A stretch of DNA of 63,843 bases, the filler included, from Reclinomonas americana ATCC 50394 (taxonomy: Eukaryota): assembly GCA_048213135.1 (NCBI GenBank). It is 6 parts of 5 records of this genome, joined end to end, with 100 filler letters (N's around TTAATTAATTAA, not from the genome) between each part and the next. Parts side by side here need not be neighbours in the genome. Positions count along the whole stretch, not along the records: positions 19,163 to 44,580 come from PS015433.1; positions 44,681 to 52,844 come from PS015436.1; positions 52,945 to 58,101 come from PS015437.1; positions 58,202 to 62,022 come from PS015438.1; 2 more parts are not named here. One strand, written 5' to 3'. The notes below the pieces were generated by a model. The model ran no database searches. It had not been told where the DNA came from and saw nothing but the letters and a program-made list of their open reading frames with translations. A program made the position numbers and the translations under genes. Shown piece by piece: positions 38,201 to 58,417 of this stretch. Every line of letters begins with the position of its first letter. The first letter of the stretch is position 1.

Positions 38201-38497
38201 ACGCACACACACACACACACACGCACGCACGCACACACACGCACACACACATATGCAATGTGTCATGCAAACAGGCAAACTGATGAACACGCGCGTGCGC
38301 GAGCGCAACTGTCGCAGCTCGTCTTCCTCATTGTCGTCGTCGTCGTCGGCGTCCACTGCTCCGCGCTGTGCGCCTCCGAGTCGCGAAAACACCGACATTT
38401 GTCGCCCGGGAGGCGGAGGTGCAAGAAGAGGCGCGACAGAGTAGGGCACTGCGTGCTCATCCCCCGCAGCAGCAACAGCATGGCTGTCGCGCTGCAT
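29055..38497 (-). CDS. Giant membrane protein: N-terminal TM, long Ig/invasin-like beta-sandwich ectodomain, C-terminal STRA6-like (RBP_receptor) multi-TM domain
   Basis: The C-terminus has LVGLFYSALRLVFAF..RFDHP..LDF|GYNSWCAVLRMDHETNNPILATFCKLL and RRRALNRWKLAITLLRNPDL. These match STRA6 family motifs (LDPGY..HP.MTAFCSLL; RARWGLAYTLLHNPTL). Ectodomain repeats of type QPP..GV.ISTQPQVRL....G.PV.G and TD.NG.A.F. Stop TAA 29057-29055. Confidence 0.75.
30461..31020 (+). CDS. Internal exons of the STRA6-like gene, on the opposite strand between two N gaps (probably a misoriented contig)
   Basis: TLLIGMHLFILSRKYR..IYALRRGDP..VTLYIGLQFF corresponds to the STRA6 YR..LRALHRG..AYQ segment, which is missing from the minus-strand model. 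Confidence 0.65.
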
Positions 38498-40009
38498 GGC
38501 TTATTAAGGAGGAGGGGAGAGGCAGAGAGGCAACACTGCGCGTCGTGCTTGCAATTGATTGATCGCACAGGACAGGGTGCGAGGACACGTTGTTTTCGTT
38601 TGTGACTTTGAGGGGGTATGAATCCGTCTGAGAAGCCTGGGATCCCGCAGTTGCGTTATGCATCTCCCTCTCTCTCTCTCTCTTTGTGAGCGCTGAACCG
38701 GCCTTTGCAGCCCGTCCGGTGTGAGCCAAAAGAATGCATTCGCGCAACTGAACAAAGCGTATGCCAAGTGAGTTGGCCGGTGCTGGAGTGCTTTTCCGCC
38801 TGAACGCGTGCACTAACATGCGTGTGTATGCATGCCCAAGGAATCCCAAGATGCTGTGGGTTGGCTTGGGGACTGCCGGTCTCGCTTGTGCGTTCCTCCC
38901 ATGTGCGCTCTGCAGTTTTCGTAATACGCTGACTGTCCTCCCTTCCGCCAGTGTACTGGTGGGCTGCGACACGCAAGCGTCGTCAGGCCGTGGTGGTCAT
39001 GGATGACACGCGCCACTGATGAATAGAGGGAGAGGGAAAAGAGATTCTCCCGTCAGCGGTGAAGCATTGAAGTGGCAGAAAAGCGAAGATATTCTCCTGT
39101 CGCGATGACCGTCGACGTGTCCCCAAAACTCTTGGTTCTTTGCACGAGAGAGANNNNNNNNNNNNNNNNNNNNNNNNNNNNNNNNNNNNNNNNNNNNNNN
39201 NNNNNNNNNNNNNNNNNNNNNNNNNNNNNNNNNNNNNNNNNNNNNNNNNNNNNNNNNNNNNNNNNNNNNNNNNNNNNNNNNNNNNNNNNNNNNNNNNNNN
39301 NNNNNNNNNNNNNNNNNNNNNNNNNNNNNNNNNNNNNNNNNNNNNNNNNNNNNNNNNNNNNNNNNNNNNNNNNNNNNNNNNNNNNNNNNNNNNNNNNNNN
39401 NNNNNNNNNNNNNNNNNNNNNNNNNNNNNNNNNNNNNNNNNNNNNNNNNNNNNNNNNNNNNNNNNNNNNNNNNNNNNNNNNNNNNNNNNNNNNNNNNNNN
39501 NNNNNNNNNNNNNNNNNNNNNNNNNNNNNNNNNNNNNNNNNNNNNNNNNNNNNNNNNNNNNNNNNNNNNNNNNNNNNNNNNNNNNNNNNNNNNNNNNNNN
39601 NNNNNNNNNNNNNNNNNNNNNNNNNNNNNNNNNNNNNNNNNNNNNNNNNNNNNNNNNNNNNNNNNNNNNNNNNNNNNNNNNNNNNNNNNNNNNNNNNNNN
39701 NNNNNNNNNNNNNNNNNNNNNNNNNNNNNNNNNNNNNNNNNNNNNNNNNNNNNNNNNNNNNNNNNNNNNNNNNNNNNNNNNNNNNNNNNNNNNNNNNNNN
39801 NNNNNNNNNNNNNNNNNNNNNNNNNNNNNNNNNNNNNNNNNNNNNNNNNNNNNNNNNNNNNNNNNNNNNNNNNNNNNNNNNNNNNNNNNNNNNNNNNNNN
39901 NNNNNNNNNNNNNNNNNNNNNNNNNNNNNNNNNNNNNNNNNNNNNNNACAATGTGCCTCTTTGTTCATTTTGTTCATCGTTGACGCTTTTCCCGTGTGCG
40001 TGTGATCGC

Positions 40010-40671
40010 AGCGAGGAGCTGGCGCGGGCGGAACAGCGGGGGGCGGCGCAAGTGGAGGCTCATCGCCGTGCGCTGGAGCACGAGATCACGCTGCGACAGG
40101 AGGAGGAGAAGCGTCAGGCGGAGCGTGAGCAGCGGCAGCGGGAAAAGGAGGAGCGGAAGCGTCTGGAGGAGGAGATGAAGAAGCGGCAGCGTGAGGCCGA
40201 GGAAGCCGAACGTCAAAGAAGGCGCGCCGAGGAGGAAGAGAAGCATCGCCGACAGCTCGAGGCCAAGGCCCAGCGGGAGCAGGAGGCGCGACAAAAGGAG
40301 GAGGCACGCCAGCGTGCGCAGGAGGAGGAGCGACAAAAAGAAGAAGCGCGTCGACGAGCGGCCGAGGAGGAGCTCGGTCGACGAACGCGCGAGGACAAGA
40401 AGCGTGCGCTGGAGGAGGCGCGGCGTCAGGTGGAATGTTGAGTTGGGACTGGAGAGAATGAGGAAGCACGTTGGTCTGCCGCGCTTGCCCTCACACCGTT
40501 TTCTTTGTGTGTGTTTTTTGCGACAGTGCTCCAGCAGCAGCTGGCCGCGGAGGCCGAGGCCGAGGAGGGTGAGGAAGAGGAGGAGGATGCTGGCGATGCA
40601 TCCGCCAGTGCGGCCGCTGACCCCGCAGCCGCTGACCCCGCAGAAAAGGAAGAGGGAGTAGCAGAAGCAGC
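40010..40671 (+). CDS. E/R/K-rich charged helical protein fragment between gaps
   Basis: EELARAEQRGAAQVEAHRRALEHEITLRQEEEKRQAEREQRQREKEERKRLEEE.. followed by an intron and LQQQLAAEAEAEEGEEEE. Confidence 0.6.
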
Positions 40672-40954
40672 NNNNNNNNNNNNNNNNNNNNNNNNNNNNN
40701 NNNNNNNNNNNNNNNNNNNNNNNNNNNNNNNNNNNNNNNNNNNNNNNNNNNNNNNNNNNNNNNNNNNNNNNNNNNNNNNNNNNNNNNNNNNNNNNNNNNN
40801 NNNNNNNNNNNNNNNNNNNNNNNCGAGGATAATAATGCATAGAGAGAGACAAACAGTAGACAGAGACCAAGTGGGGCCACGGGACCACCGCCTCCGACAA
40901 AAAAGAGAGAGACAGAGAAAAACATGTATATAGCGTCCGTCACACAAAGCGACT

Positions 40955-43505
40955 CTAGTACTTGGCACCGAGCCTCTTCGTTTGCAGCTCGACCGTGTAC
41001 TTGGCTGGTACGCCGGCACCCCTCATGTCCTGCACCTTCTTGTGTCGGATGGACTCGATGCGAGCATCGCGCATTGCGCGCTCCTTGGCCAGCTGTGTGC
41101 CCTCCTCCACAAAGGCCATGCGCTCGCGGCGCCGTGTCTCCTCTGCCTCGTCGATTTGTTGCTGCAAGGCGGTAAACGACAAGTGTCAGCGCCAATCAGC
41201 AAAGAGAGCGAGAATGTATGGGAGAGAGACGCAACTCGCAGTGAGTCGGCAAAGTCGAGGCGACGGCGTTGATTAATGTCCTCGGCCTCCTTCTGCTGAT
41301 GGTCGGCCTCTTGCTGCAGCAGAATGATGCGCTCGAATTCGTCACGCTCCTGCTTGGCCAGCGATGCCAGTCGTCGCTCGCGCTCGAGTCGTTGCTCCTC
41401 GCGTGCGGCCGCCAGCTGGTCCAATTGTGCCTTGCGCTTCTCCATTTCGGTACGCTCGCGGAGTCGGTACTCGCGCTCCGCCTGCTCCTGCGAGCGCTTC
41501 GCTCGCAACGCGTCCAGCTCGGCCTGCTTGTCCAACGCCTTTTCTTGCAGAGCGCGCAACCGAGCAATCTCCAGCTCCTTCTCTTGTGCGATTCTCAACT
41601 TCTCCTCCGCCAACTCCTTCTCCTTGGCCGCCTTCTCCGCCATGTACGCCGCAATTCGCTGCACGCACGAGGCACGTGTGAGGAAGCGAAATACGAGGAA
41701 AGAAGAAGAAGCGGTAGTGACGCACCCTATCCTCCTCCTGCTCCAGCTCCCTCTCGCGCAGCTTCATGCGAATCTGCTCGGCATTTGCCACCTCCACATC
41801 CTCCAGCAACCGCCTACCACGCACAAGTCAGCAACCAGCAGCACAGGAAGGCGGAAGAAAGGAAATGAACCACAACGCAACTGTGCCGCCGCCTTGCGCT
41901 CCTCCGCCTCACGCAAATCCGCCGCGCGCATCTGCTCCAGGTGCTCCAACATGGCCTTCTGCTCCAGATCACGACGCTCGGACTCGATCATTCGCTGCCG
42001 CTCGCGCTCGCTAATCTGCTTCTTGATCACATCGGCACCCCGCTTGCGGTCCTCCATGCGTTTCCGCTCGCGGACCTCGTACATTTGCAGCGCCTGCAAC
42101 AAAAAAAGGAGTGAGCACACTGTGGCGATCAGAGACACAAGATTTTTTCCGCGCGCGCGCACACACACACCTTCAGTCGCTCCATCTCCATTTGCTGATC
42201 AATCACCTCCTCGACGTGCTTGCGCTCCTCCGCAATCATCTTCTTCTCGGCCAGCTGCGCATCTCGAATGGTCACGCACCTGGAGCAGGAACAAAAACAC
42301 TCGTCAGCCGGACAGCTCTCTCCACACACAAAACACACTCAACAATGCGAGCACGACGCAACTGCGAGTACAACACCATGGCATTCATGGCCTTGACCTC
42401 GTCCTCCTCGTCGTCGAGCAGCGCACGGGCACGCTCTCGCAGCGCCGACTGTCGGTCCAGGTTCTCCTTGGCAATGTCCGAGAGCACTGCAAGAACAAGC
42501 AAAAGGAGTGAGAACAGGAAAAGGGAGAGGCAGGGAGTGAAGGAGGCAGAAAAGGACAAAGAGAGCCAGCAGGGGAGGTGTTCCAGAGGAGAAGCGAGGT
42601 AGAGAAGATAGGAGGTGTGTTCGGTGAGGGAAGAGAGAGCGCAGGGAGTGTTTCTGAAGGGATCAGAGGCGCAAGGGTGGAAGAGGTGAAGGCAGTGTGT
42701 TCCGCGAAGGAGCAGGTGAAGTGTCAGAAGCGAAAGGAGGTGCAGAATGGGAAGAGAAGAAGGCAGAAGGTGCTCCGAAGGCGAAGTGAAGGAGCGAAAG
42801 TGGAAGAGAAGAAGGGCAGGAAGTGTGTTTCAGTGAGGCAAGATGAAGACAGAAGCAAAAGGAGGTGCGAGAAGAGGTGTTCCGCGAGGACGCAGACTAA
42901 GGCAGGAAGCACGTTCCAGTGAGGTATGATTGACAACAAGAAGGCAGACGGTGTTCCACGAGGAAAAGAAGAGAAGGCAGGAAGTGAAGGCAAAGTGTGC
43001 TCCGCTCGAGTCCCGTAACTCACCATTCGTGTCGCCCTGCTTCTTCTGATCAATGTGGCGAATGCGCTGCTTGCGCTCCTCGACCGGATCCAGCTCACGC
43101 GAACCCCGCGATCCCCCTCCATTCGTCACCGACGCGCCAGTCGGCGAAGTCGACGAACCAACAGAAGCGTGATGCGCCGCACGACGCGGATCCGTCGTCG
43201 TCAACGACTGATTCGACAGACAGATAAAAATTTTGTTAAACACCTCTCTCTCTCTTTGTCGACTTTCCGATGTTCTTTTGCTCATACCTTGATGCGCTGC
43301 AAGTCGGCCTTCTTGACCACAATAGTGTCAGTGGTCTTCTTGATAATGCCCGGCCCCAGCGCCTCCTGTCGTTGCTGCAACTTGCGCAGCGCAATGCTTG
43401 CACGCACGTCCTAAACACACACACAGAGACACACACACCCAATGTGAGCCTTTTACACACACACACACAAAGAGAAAAAACACACACACACAAACGCACT
43501 GTCAT
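40955..43505 (-). CDS. CFAP45: Cilia- and flagella-associated protein 45 (CCDC19, trichoplein/TPH domain)
   Basis: DEEDEVKAMNAMVLYS..CVTIRDAQLAEKKMI..QQMEMERLK, EKELEIARLRALQEKALDKQAELDALRAKRSQE and the C-terminal KKVQDMRGAGVPAKY match CFAP45. Stop TAG 40957-40955. The start (MT|DVRAS) is inferred. Confidence 0.88.
42575..43005. repeat. Purine-rich degenerate intronic repeat with recurring GTGTTCC(G/A)nnAGG core
   Basis: About 10 variants of the core at 30-60 bp spacing inside CFAP45 intron 42487-43023. Confidence 0.6.
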
Positions 43506-43617
43506 CTCTCGGAAACGTTGTGGCACTTGTTTTGTGTGAACAACAACGCCCGGACAGATATGATGCCGCGAGCTGCGTGACTGTCCTCTGTCCTTGCATA
43601 CACTGCGGCTTCACACG

Positions 43618-44353
43618 ATGAGTTTGCCTCTTGGTCGTGCCGTTACTGCGCAGTTGCGTCACACACACTCTGTTCTCTCGTTTGCCTCACTCAGTTTTTT
43701 CCTTGTCACTTTTTTCTCACTTTGTCATGCACACACACTGTGCTCTCTCTTCGCCTCACACGCACACTCTGCTCTCTCACACACTGTGCTCTCACTTTTG
43801 TCTCACTCAGTTTTCCCTTGTCACTCATGTCGTTCTCTCGCACACATTTGCTCACCTGTCAATCTCTTATTCTCTCACTCCTTGTGTCTCTCCCCCGCTC
43901 TCTCCCGCTCTGTGTCTCGCTCACCGCCTTCTCCGGTGCCTCTGAACGCGCGACATGGCGCGTGACATCTCACTCTTCTTCTCCTTCTTGTTAGTTATGC
44001 GCATCAGTGGGATAAGATCCATGGCAACACGGAGTTGATTGCGCAACGATTGACTGTTGCGTGTCTTGTTGCCGGAGAATGCATAATTGCAGCACTATGT
44101 CATGATGATGATGATGATGATTTGATGATTGCATGCAGTCTGTCGATGGAGAGTTGAAAAAGGTTGATCGCATCGTGTCTGTGGCCTCCAAAGAGTTGCG
44201 TGCCTCCTGTCTCTCTTTGTGTGCTCTTGTTCTCATGGCGTGTCGATGTGCAGATGGCGTGCACTGATGGAGGAGCTGTCGCTGCTGCCGCGAGTGCATG
44301 CCGGTGTCGAGGATGTGCGCAAGGCTGTCGGTGAGGAGGACACCACGCTCTTG

Positions 44354-44396
<43 letters not shown>

Positions 44397-44580
44397 ATCA
44401 TGACGACTGGTGCCGGCGCGCGCAGAGGCACTGCAGGCGGATATTGATTCCATTGAGGCGTGCATTTGGCCGCTGGAGGCTGCGCGGAGGCGCGAGGAGA
44501 TGGATGCGTTTGTGGGCCGCGCGCAGCAGGAGACGAATGCGTTGAAGGCGCAGATGGAGTTGCGGCTGGCGGCGGCAACA
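43618..44580 (+). CDS. Dysbindin-like (BLOC-1 subunit) coiled-coil protein, 3' truncated at a linker
   Basis: The spliced peptide MSLPLGRAVTAHYAHQWDKIHGNTELIAQRLT|SVDGELKKVDRIVSVASKE|WRALMEELSLLPRVHAGVEDVRKAV|EALQADIDSIEACIWPLE follows the dysbindin pattern Y..W..LH..VD.E..L.E.L..LP..LE. Confidence 0.6.
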
Positions 44581-44624
44581 NNNNNNNNNNNNNNNNNNNN
44601 NNNNNNNNNNNNNNNNNNNNNNNN

Positions 44625-44636
44625 TTAATTAATTAA
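44625..44636. other. Artificial scaffold linker
   Basis: TTAATTAATTAA within Ns. Confidence 0.95.
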
Positions 44637-44680
44637 NNNNNNNNNNNNNNNNNNNNNNNNNNNNNNNNNNNNNNNNNNNN

Positions 44681-52803
<8,123 letters not shown>

Positions 52804-52888
52804 CTACACAAAACACACACGCACACTCGATTCAGTCGCCGGGTNNNNNNNNNNNNNNNNNNNNNNNNNNNNNNNNNNNNNNNNNNNN

Positions 52889-52900
52889 TTAATTAATTAA
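52889..52900. other. Artificial scaffold linker
   Basis: TTAATTAATTAA within Ns. Confidence 0.95.
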
Positions 52901-53193
52901 NNNNNNNNNNNNNNNNNNNNNNNNNNNNNNNNNNNNNNNNNNNNCTGCCATTGTATGATCGAGACTTTGCGCGGTTACACTTGACGAATGGGGGAGAGTA
53001 GCAATGTACAAGGGTGACAAGCACCAGCAGGCAAAGATCGCAGGGAGATGAGTGGGGACGGGGGTATGTGGGGGGAAAAGTATGACTGTACACACAAAAC
53101 TGAAGCTACACAGAGAAAATGAGGGAGGGGGAGAGGAAGAGAGAGAGGGAGAGGGGGGAGAACGGAAGCCAGAGAGAACACAGTGGGGAAAAA

Positions 53194-55306
53194 TTACGGA
53201 TTGCGGTGGACTGAGAGTCGGTCTCGCACCTCGTCGGGCAGACTTGCCAGCTCTGCGGAGATTTTGGGTTAGCCACTTGCTCCTTTGTGACTACACGCGC
53301 ACGCACGCGCGCTCACCTTCTTCGGAGAAATCAAACAATGGGGGCAGGGCGGCGCCGTCGGGCAAGCGGGTGGCCGGATCCCTCAGCTCGTCGAAGAAGG
53401 CGTGGCCCAGGCACTATTATTTTCCAAGCAGTCGTGAGTGACCTNNNNNNNNNNNNNNNNNNNNNNNNNNNNNNNNNNNNNNNNNNNNNNNNNNNNNNNN
53501 NNNNNNNNNNNNNNNNNNNNNNNNNNNNNNNNNNNNNNNNNNNNNNNNNNNNNNNNNNNNNNNNNNNNNNNNNNNNNNNNNNNNNNNNNNNNNNNNNNNN
53601 NNNNNNNNNNNNNNNNNNNNNNNNNNNNNNNNNNNNNNNNNNNNNNNNNNNNNNNNNNNNNNNNNNNNNNNNNNNNNNNNNNNNNNNNNNNNNNNNNNNN
53701 NNNNNNNNNNNNNNACCCACAAGGAATGAAAGAGTGATCGCACACACACACACACCTCTGCCGCTGTGATACGCTCGCGAGGATCGTACACGAGAAGACG
53801 TGAGACGAGATCGATCGCCTCCGGCGACGCGTACATCTCCGGCAGCACCGTCTCCCACGGCTGACTGCGCACGGGTGGGAAGCGATTGTCGGGTACATTC
53901 GGATTCAGCACGGCGAGCTCCTCGGTGGTGGGTGTGCCCAGAATCTGACAGCAACCAGATATTATTAGCAGTCGAGCGCAAACAGGTGACAAGGCAAACA
54001 TGTCGAGACGTCGTCACACGCACCGACACAATCTTCACCAACTGGTCGAGATTCGACTCGCCGGCAAAGAGCGGTGTGTCGGTCATGATCTCGCACATGA
54101 CACAGCCGATGGACCACATGTCGATGGATGTCGAGTAATTCGCATTGCCAAAGATGAGCTCCGGTGCTCGGTAGAATCTCGAGCAGATGTAGGCCACGTT
54201 GGCTTCGCCGGGAATCAGTCTCTTGGCGGAGCCAAAGTCGCACAGTTTGAGGACGCCGACCGAGGCGTCACACAAGCAGTTCTGCGGCTTGATGTCGCGG
54301 TGGCAAATGCCGAGCGAGTGGACATAGGTCAGCGCGCGGCACAGCTGGTACATGAACAGCTGCGGGAGAAGGAGGAAGAGTGAGGGAGATGGTTTTTTGG
54401 TCTGGTGTTCTCGAGTAATGCCAACCTTCAGCAGCACGACCGGTACACGCGCGTGCCGCTCCGAGTACGAGTGAATCACACCCTCCAGCGTGTCAGGCAT
54501 GTACTCGAGCACCAAGTTGAGGTAGGTCTCCGCCTGCGCATGCCCCACTCATCCATCAGCCACACACACACTTGCTTCCGCCACGAGAGAGAGAGACGCA
54601 ACTCGATCGGCGCTGTGAGACGAAAAGTGGTGCATCATGTGCACCACATTCGGGTGCCGCAGCTCGCACATGATCTCCAGCTCACGATTCTTGTAGCGCT
54701 CGTCCACCAGCACCTTCTTGATCGCCACCTGTGCACGTGCACGAGCGTGAGCAACACAAAGAGAGAGAGGGAGAGCGTGCGTGCGTGCACAACAAAACCT
54801 CTTGGCCCGTCTGCTCGTCCGTGGCCACATACACGGTGGCAAACGCCCCGCGGCCAGCAATCATACGCGCATTGTACTTGTTCTTCTTGCGTGGACTAAC
54901 AAGCACAACAGTCGTCAGCAGCAGAACACAACCAAGCAACAACGCAAAACACAGCTCACCCTGCGCGTATTTTGATGAGCAAACAAGCGAGAGGGGGAGA
55001 GGTGTGAGCAATCTTCCGCATCATGGCAAATCAATGTCCGTGAATCTTCTCTCGCACACACACACACCAACACACACATGCACACACAAGCACACACAGA
55101 GAGAGAGACACGCGCACACATGAACGAACACTCGCTCACACGCACAAACATTCTCCCACTCCCAAACAGCGTGTGTGTGTGTGTGAGGGAGAACGCGCAT
55201 GAGAGAGAGGACCGTGTGCGTGCGTGCGTGCGTGTGCGTGTGTGTGTGTGTCTTTCTCTCGCTTCTCTCACACTCATCATGACGCACCTCGTTCTGGCGA
55301 TCCCAT
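53194..55306 (-). CDS. GSK3: GSK3/shaggy-family Ser/Thr kinase (start ATG 55306 or 55024)
   Basis: [73 protein letters not shown] and [27 protein letters not shown]. Stop TAA 53196-53194. Confidence 0.93.
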
Positions 55307-56489
55307 CTCCTCTGCTTCCTCCCTTGCGTGTTGCGCGCTGGTGCTGTTGCTGCTGGTGGTGCTGGTGACGAGGCACGTGGAGGTGCGAGAGGAGAGATTT
55401 GCAGACGATGCTGTTGTGGTGGTGGAGGAGGCGGAGTAAGAGGGATGCGAGTGTCGATGATGATGCTTGTTCCCGCGTTGGTGGTGGTGGTGCGTGTGTG
55501 AGCGAGAGGACTTGTGCTGCGCGGCGCCCGTGGTCGATGCTCAACAACACACACGCGAGGACGGGGGAAGGGAGAAGAGAGAGAGAGTGCGCGGAATAAA
55601 AAAAGACACGCACACGCACGCGCGCGTGGAGAGAGAGAGAGTGTGTGCGGTGGTGGGTGGATGGACAGTGAGGGAAAGAGTGTGTGTCTCTCCCTGTGTG
55701 TGTGCGTGGATGCGAGTGCGCCCGCGAGTGTTTGGTGGGGTGCGCGCCTCTCCGACTTCAAATTGACAATCGCATAATCCTGTTCGCCTTTTTGGGATGG
55801 TGATTGTTGTGGTTTTTGAGAGTGTGACAGTGGTTGACGGAGAGTGCGCATTCTCGTCATGTGGGGCGAGACGCGCTTGCGTCGCAAGTGCTTTGTTTTG
55901 ATGTATCACATTTGAATTGTTGGGTAGCGCGGGCTGGTGAACTGGAATTCGAATGCAATTGAACGCGTGAAACTGGTCGATATTGCGGGTGGCGCGTGTC
56001 ATGACCCGGGACCTCCGCGGACAGTGCGGGGTTGGTGAAGGTGGATAGGTGACAGCGGCGTCGGGCGATTGAGTACTTTGTGTGTTGCACGTGAGGGGAG
56101 AAGGACCAATTTGTTCGTGTTCGAATATGTTTGTGTTGTTGTTTTTGCAATTGCGTGAATTCGAATGCCGGCGCGGCAGTGCAGCTGTGCCGGCCTCCCT
56201 TGCCGCCTGAAATTGCCGTTGGAATTAGTGTTTTGAATCCTGCACAGCCGCACTTATCGCTGACGATCGCGATCACGACTGATCATGTGGCTCCACGACT
56301 TGCACTCGACTTCGAAGCACGATCGCGACGACCTCGCTGCTTTTCCACACAACAACAACTCGAAGCTTCTCTGACTGAGCACTACCAGCACAGCCTGTGC
56401 CCACTTTTGCAATTAGCAAACTGAGACAGAGGCCACGACGGAAGTCCGCGGATCCCACCGTCCCGTCACAATTCGTCATCAATCATATC

Positions 56490-57407
56490 ATGGCCACCGC
56501 AGCCGCGGCCCCTCCTCCTCCCGCCACCAGTGTCTTTGCTCATCTCGATGTGCACCTCCCACACAGCGGTCTATGCGTGGCCGGCACCGGTACATTCCAT
56601 CACACACCTCTTGTCTCCGCTCTCTTCCTATCTCACACGCACACTCCCGCACTCACAGTGCTCACCGGCGACGTGCTCCTCTCTCTGGAGGTACCGCGCA
56701 TCATCCGTTCACTGACTGTGCGCCTGCGCGGCGAGGAGAGTGTGGGCGCGTTGGGCGAATCAGGTTCTTGATTTCGCGCGCACACTCATGAACGAGTCAC
56801 ACGCTGATTGCTTGTGTGTGTGTGTATGCGTCGCAGCTGAGCACGTGCATGTTGATGAGACGCAGAAGCTGTTGCCTCGAGTCGATGGAGGTGCGCACAC
56901 TGACACACTGACGCGCTTGATCGACTTCATTGATTTACACGTGATGATCACAGACTTGTCATCGACCGCCAGCGATGCCGCCACCTTCAAGCCTGTGCAT
57001 GTGAGGAAAGGTGCGAGTCGCGAGCCTACTGTGCGATTCAGCGTGTGTCTCTCTGTCTTTCTCTTATGCGCGCACGCGCAGGCGACTTGGCGTACCCATT
57101 CGAGTTCCTGCTCGGCTGGCAGTTGCCGCCCTCGGCCGAGATCCCGCGCGTCAACGCCCGCGTATCGTACTCGGTGCATGTGCGCTGCGAGTTTGAGGTA
57201 CTGCGTGGCACGTCCTCCTCTCCTACATGCTGCTGTGTGCCTAACACTGCCTGCTTTCCAGGGTGAGCATTCGAAAGTGGTAGTGCTGGAGGTGGAGAAG
57301 CCGGTGGCGCTCGTCTGTCGCTGCAGCCTCGCAAAGGATGTGGCGTTCTACTCGCCTGCTGTGACGCAGGTGTTTGAAGCTGGTGGACTGCACGGCTTGT
57401 TGCGTCG

Positions 57408-57495
<88 letters not shown>

Positions 57496-57517
57496 TANNN
57501 NNNNNNNNNNNNNNNNN

Positions 57518-57561
<44 letters not shown>

Positions 57562-58060
57562 GAGAGCGCAGTTTGCTTGTGGGAATGCTCACTCTCATTG
57601 CAGGGCGTGGCTTCCGCGACGTGTGGCGTTTCTGGGTGAGACATGCCAGGTTCAAGTCACCTGCAATCGCTTCCACAGTGCAGGTGGGTGACGGGAATGG
57701 ACTTGCGCACTTTTCTCTGTCCGCCCCATTCTCATCCTCCCTCCAGGCATCCGCGAAGTGGAGGTCACCCTGGTGCAATCGACGGTGATTGCGCGACGAA
57801 GAGACGACGCTGCACCCGAGATCCCGGATCGCGAAAAGACTGTGGGAGTGGCGGTGCGCAAGAGAATATCTCCGAGTACGTACATGAACCAGGCGACGCA
57901 GACGGTGGAACAGCGAGATTCATTCAACGTGGTGCGTGCACGAGGTGGCTCTGATGTTGTTGTCTTGCCGTGCATGGGAGGCTCACTCTCTTTCCGTCTC
58001 TTTGCAGAAAGTCGACATTGAGATGCCCAAGACAGTGATGCCGTCGTTCCACGCACACTG
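56490..58060 (+). CDS. Alpha-arrestin (arrestin N/C-domain) protein, 3' truncated
   Basis: [54 protein letters not shown], and later [10 protein letters not shown] and MPKTVMPSF, which are typical arrestin-fold motifs. Confidence 0.75.
57410..57558. repeat. (GA)n microsatellite with an internal gap, intronic
   Basis: Directly visible. Confidence 0.95.
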
Positions 58061-58145
58061 GTGAGTGTCACGTCGTTTGCATTCACCTGACGCACGTCAC
58101 TNNNNNNNNNNNNNNNNNNNNNNNNNNNNNNNNNNNNNNNNNNNN

Positions 58146-58157
58146 TTAATTAATTAA
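58146..58157. other. Artificial scaffold linker
   Basis: TTAATTAATTAA within Ns. Confidence 0.95.
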
Positions 58158-58417
58158 NNNNNNNNNNNNNNNNNNNNNNNNNNNNNNNNNNNNNNNNNNN
58201 NTCTTCTTCTTCTTCTTCTTCTCTCTCTCTCTCTCTCTCCAAAGGATCACTGTTGCACTCGACTTTGTATGTTCTCAAACTCCTCAGTCCTCATCTTCTT
58301 CCTTCTTCTTCCCTTCTTGTATCTCTCTCTCCCAAGGATCACTGCTGCACTCGACTCTTCTCTTCCTCCCTCTTCCCCTTCCTTGTCTCTCCCCCCGCTC
58401 CTCCCTCTGCCACACAC

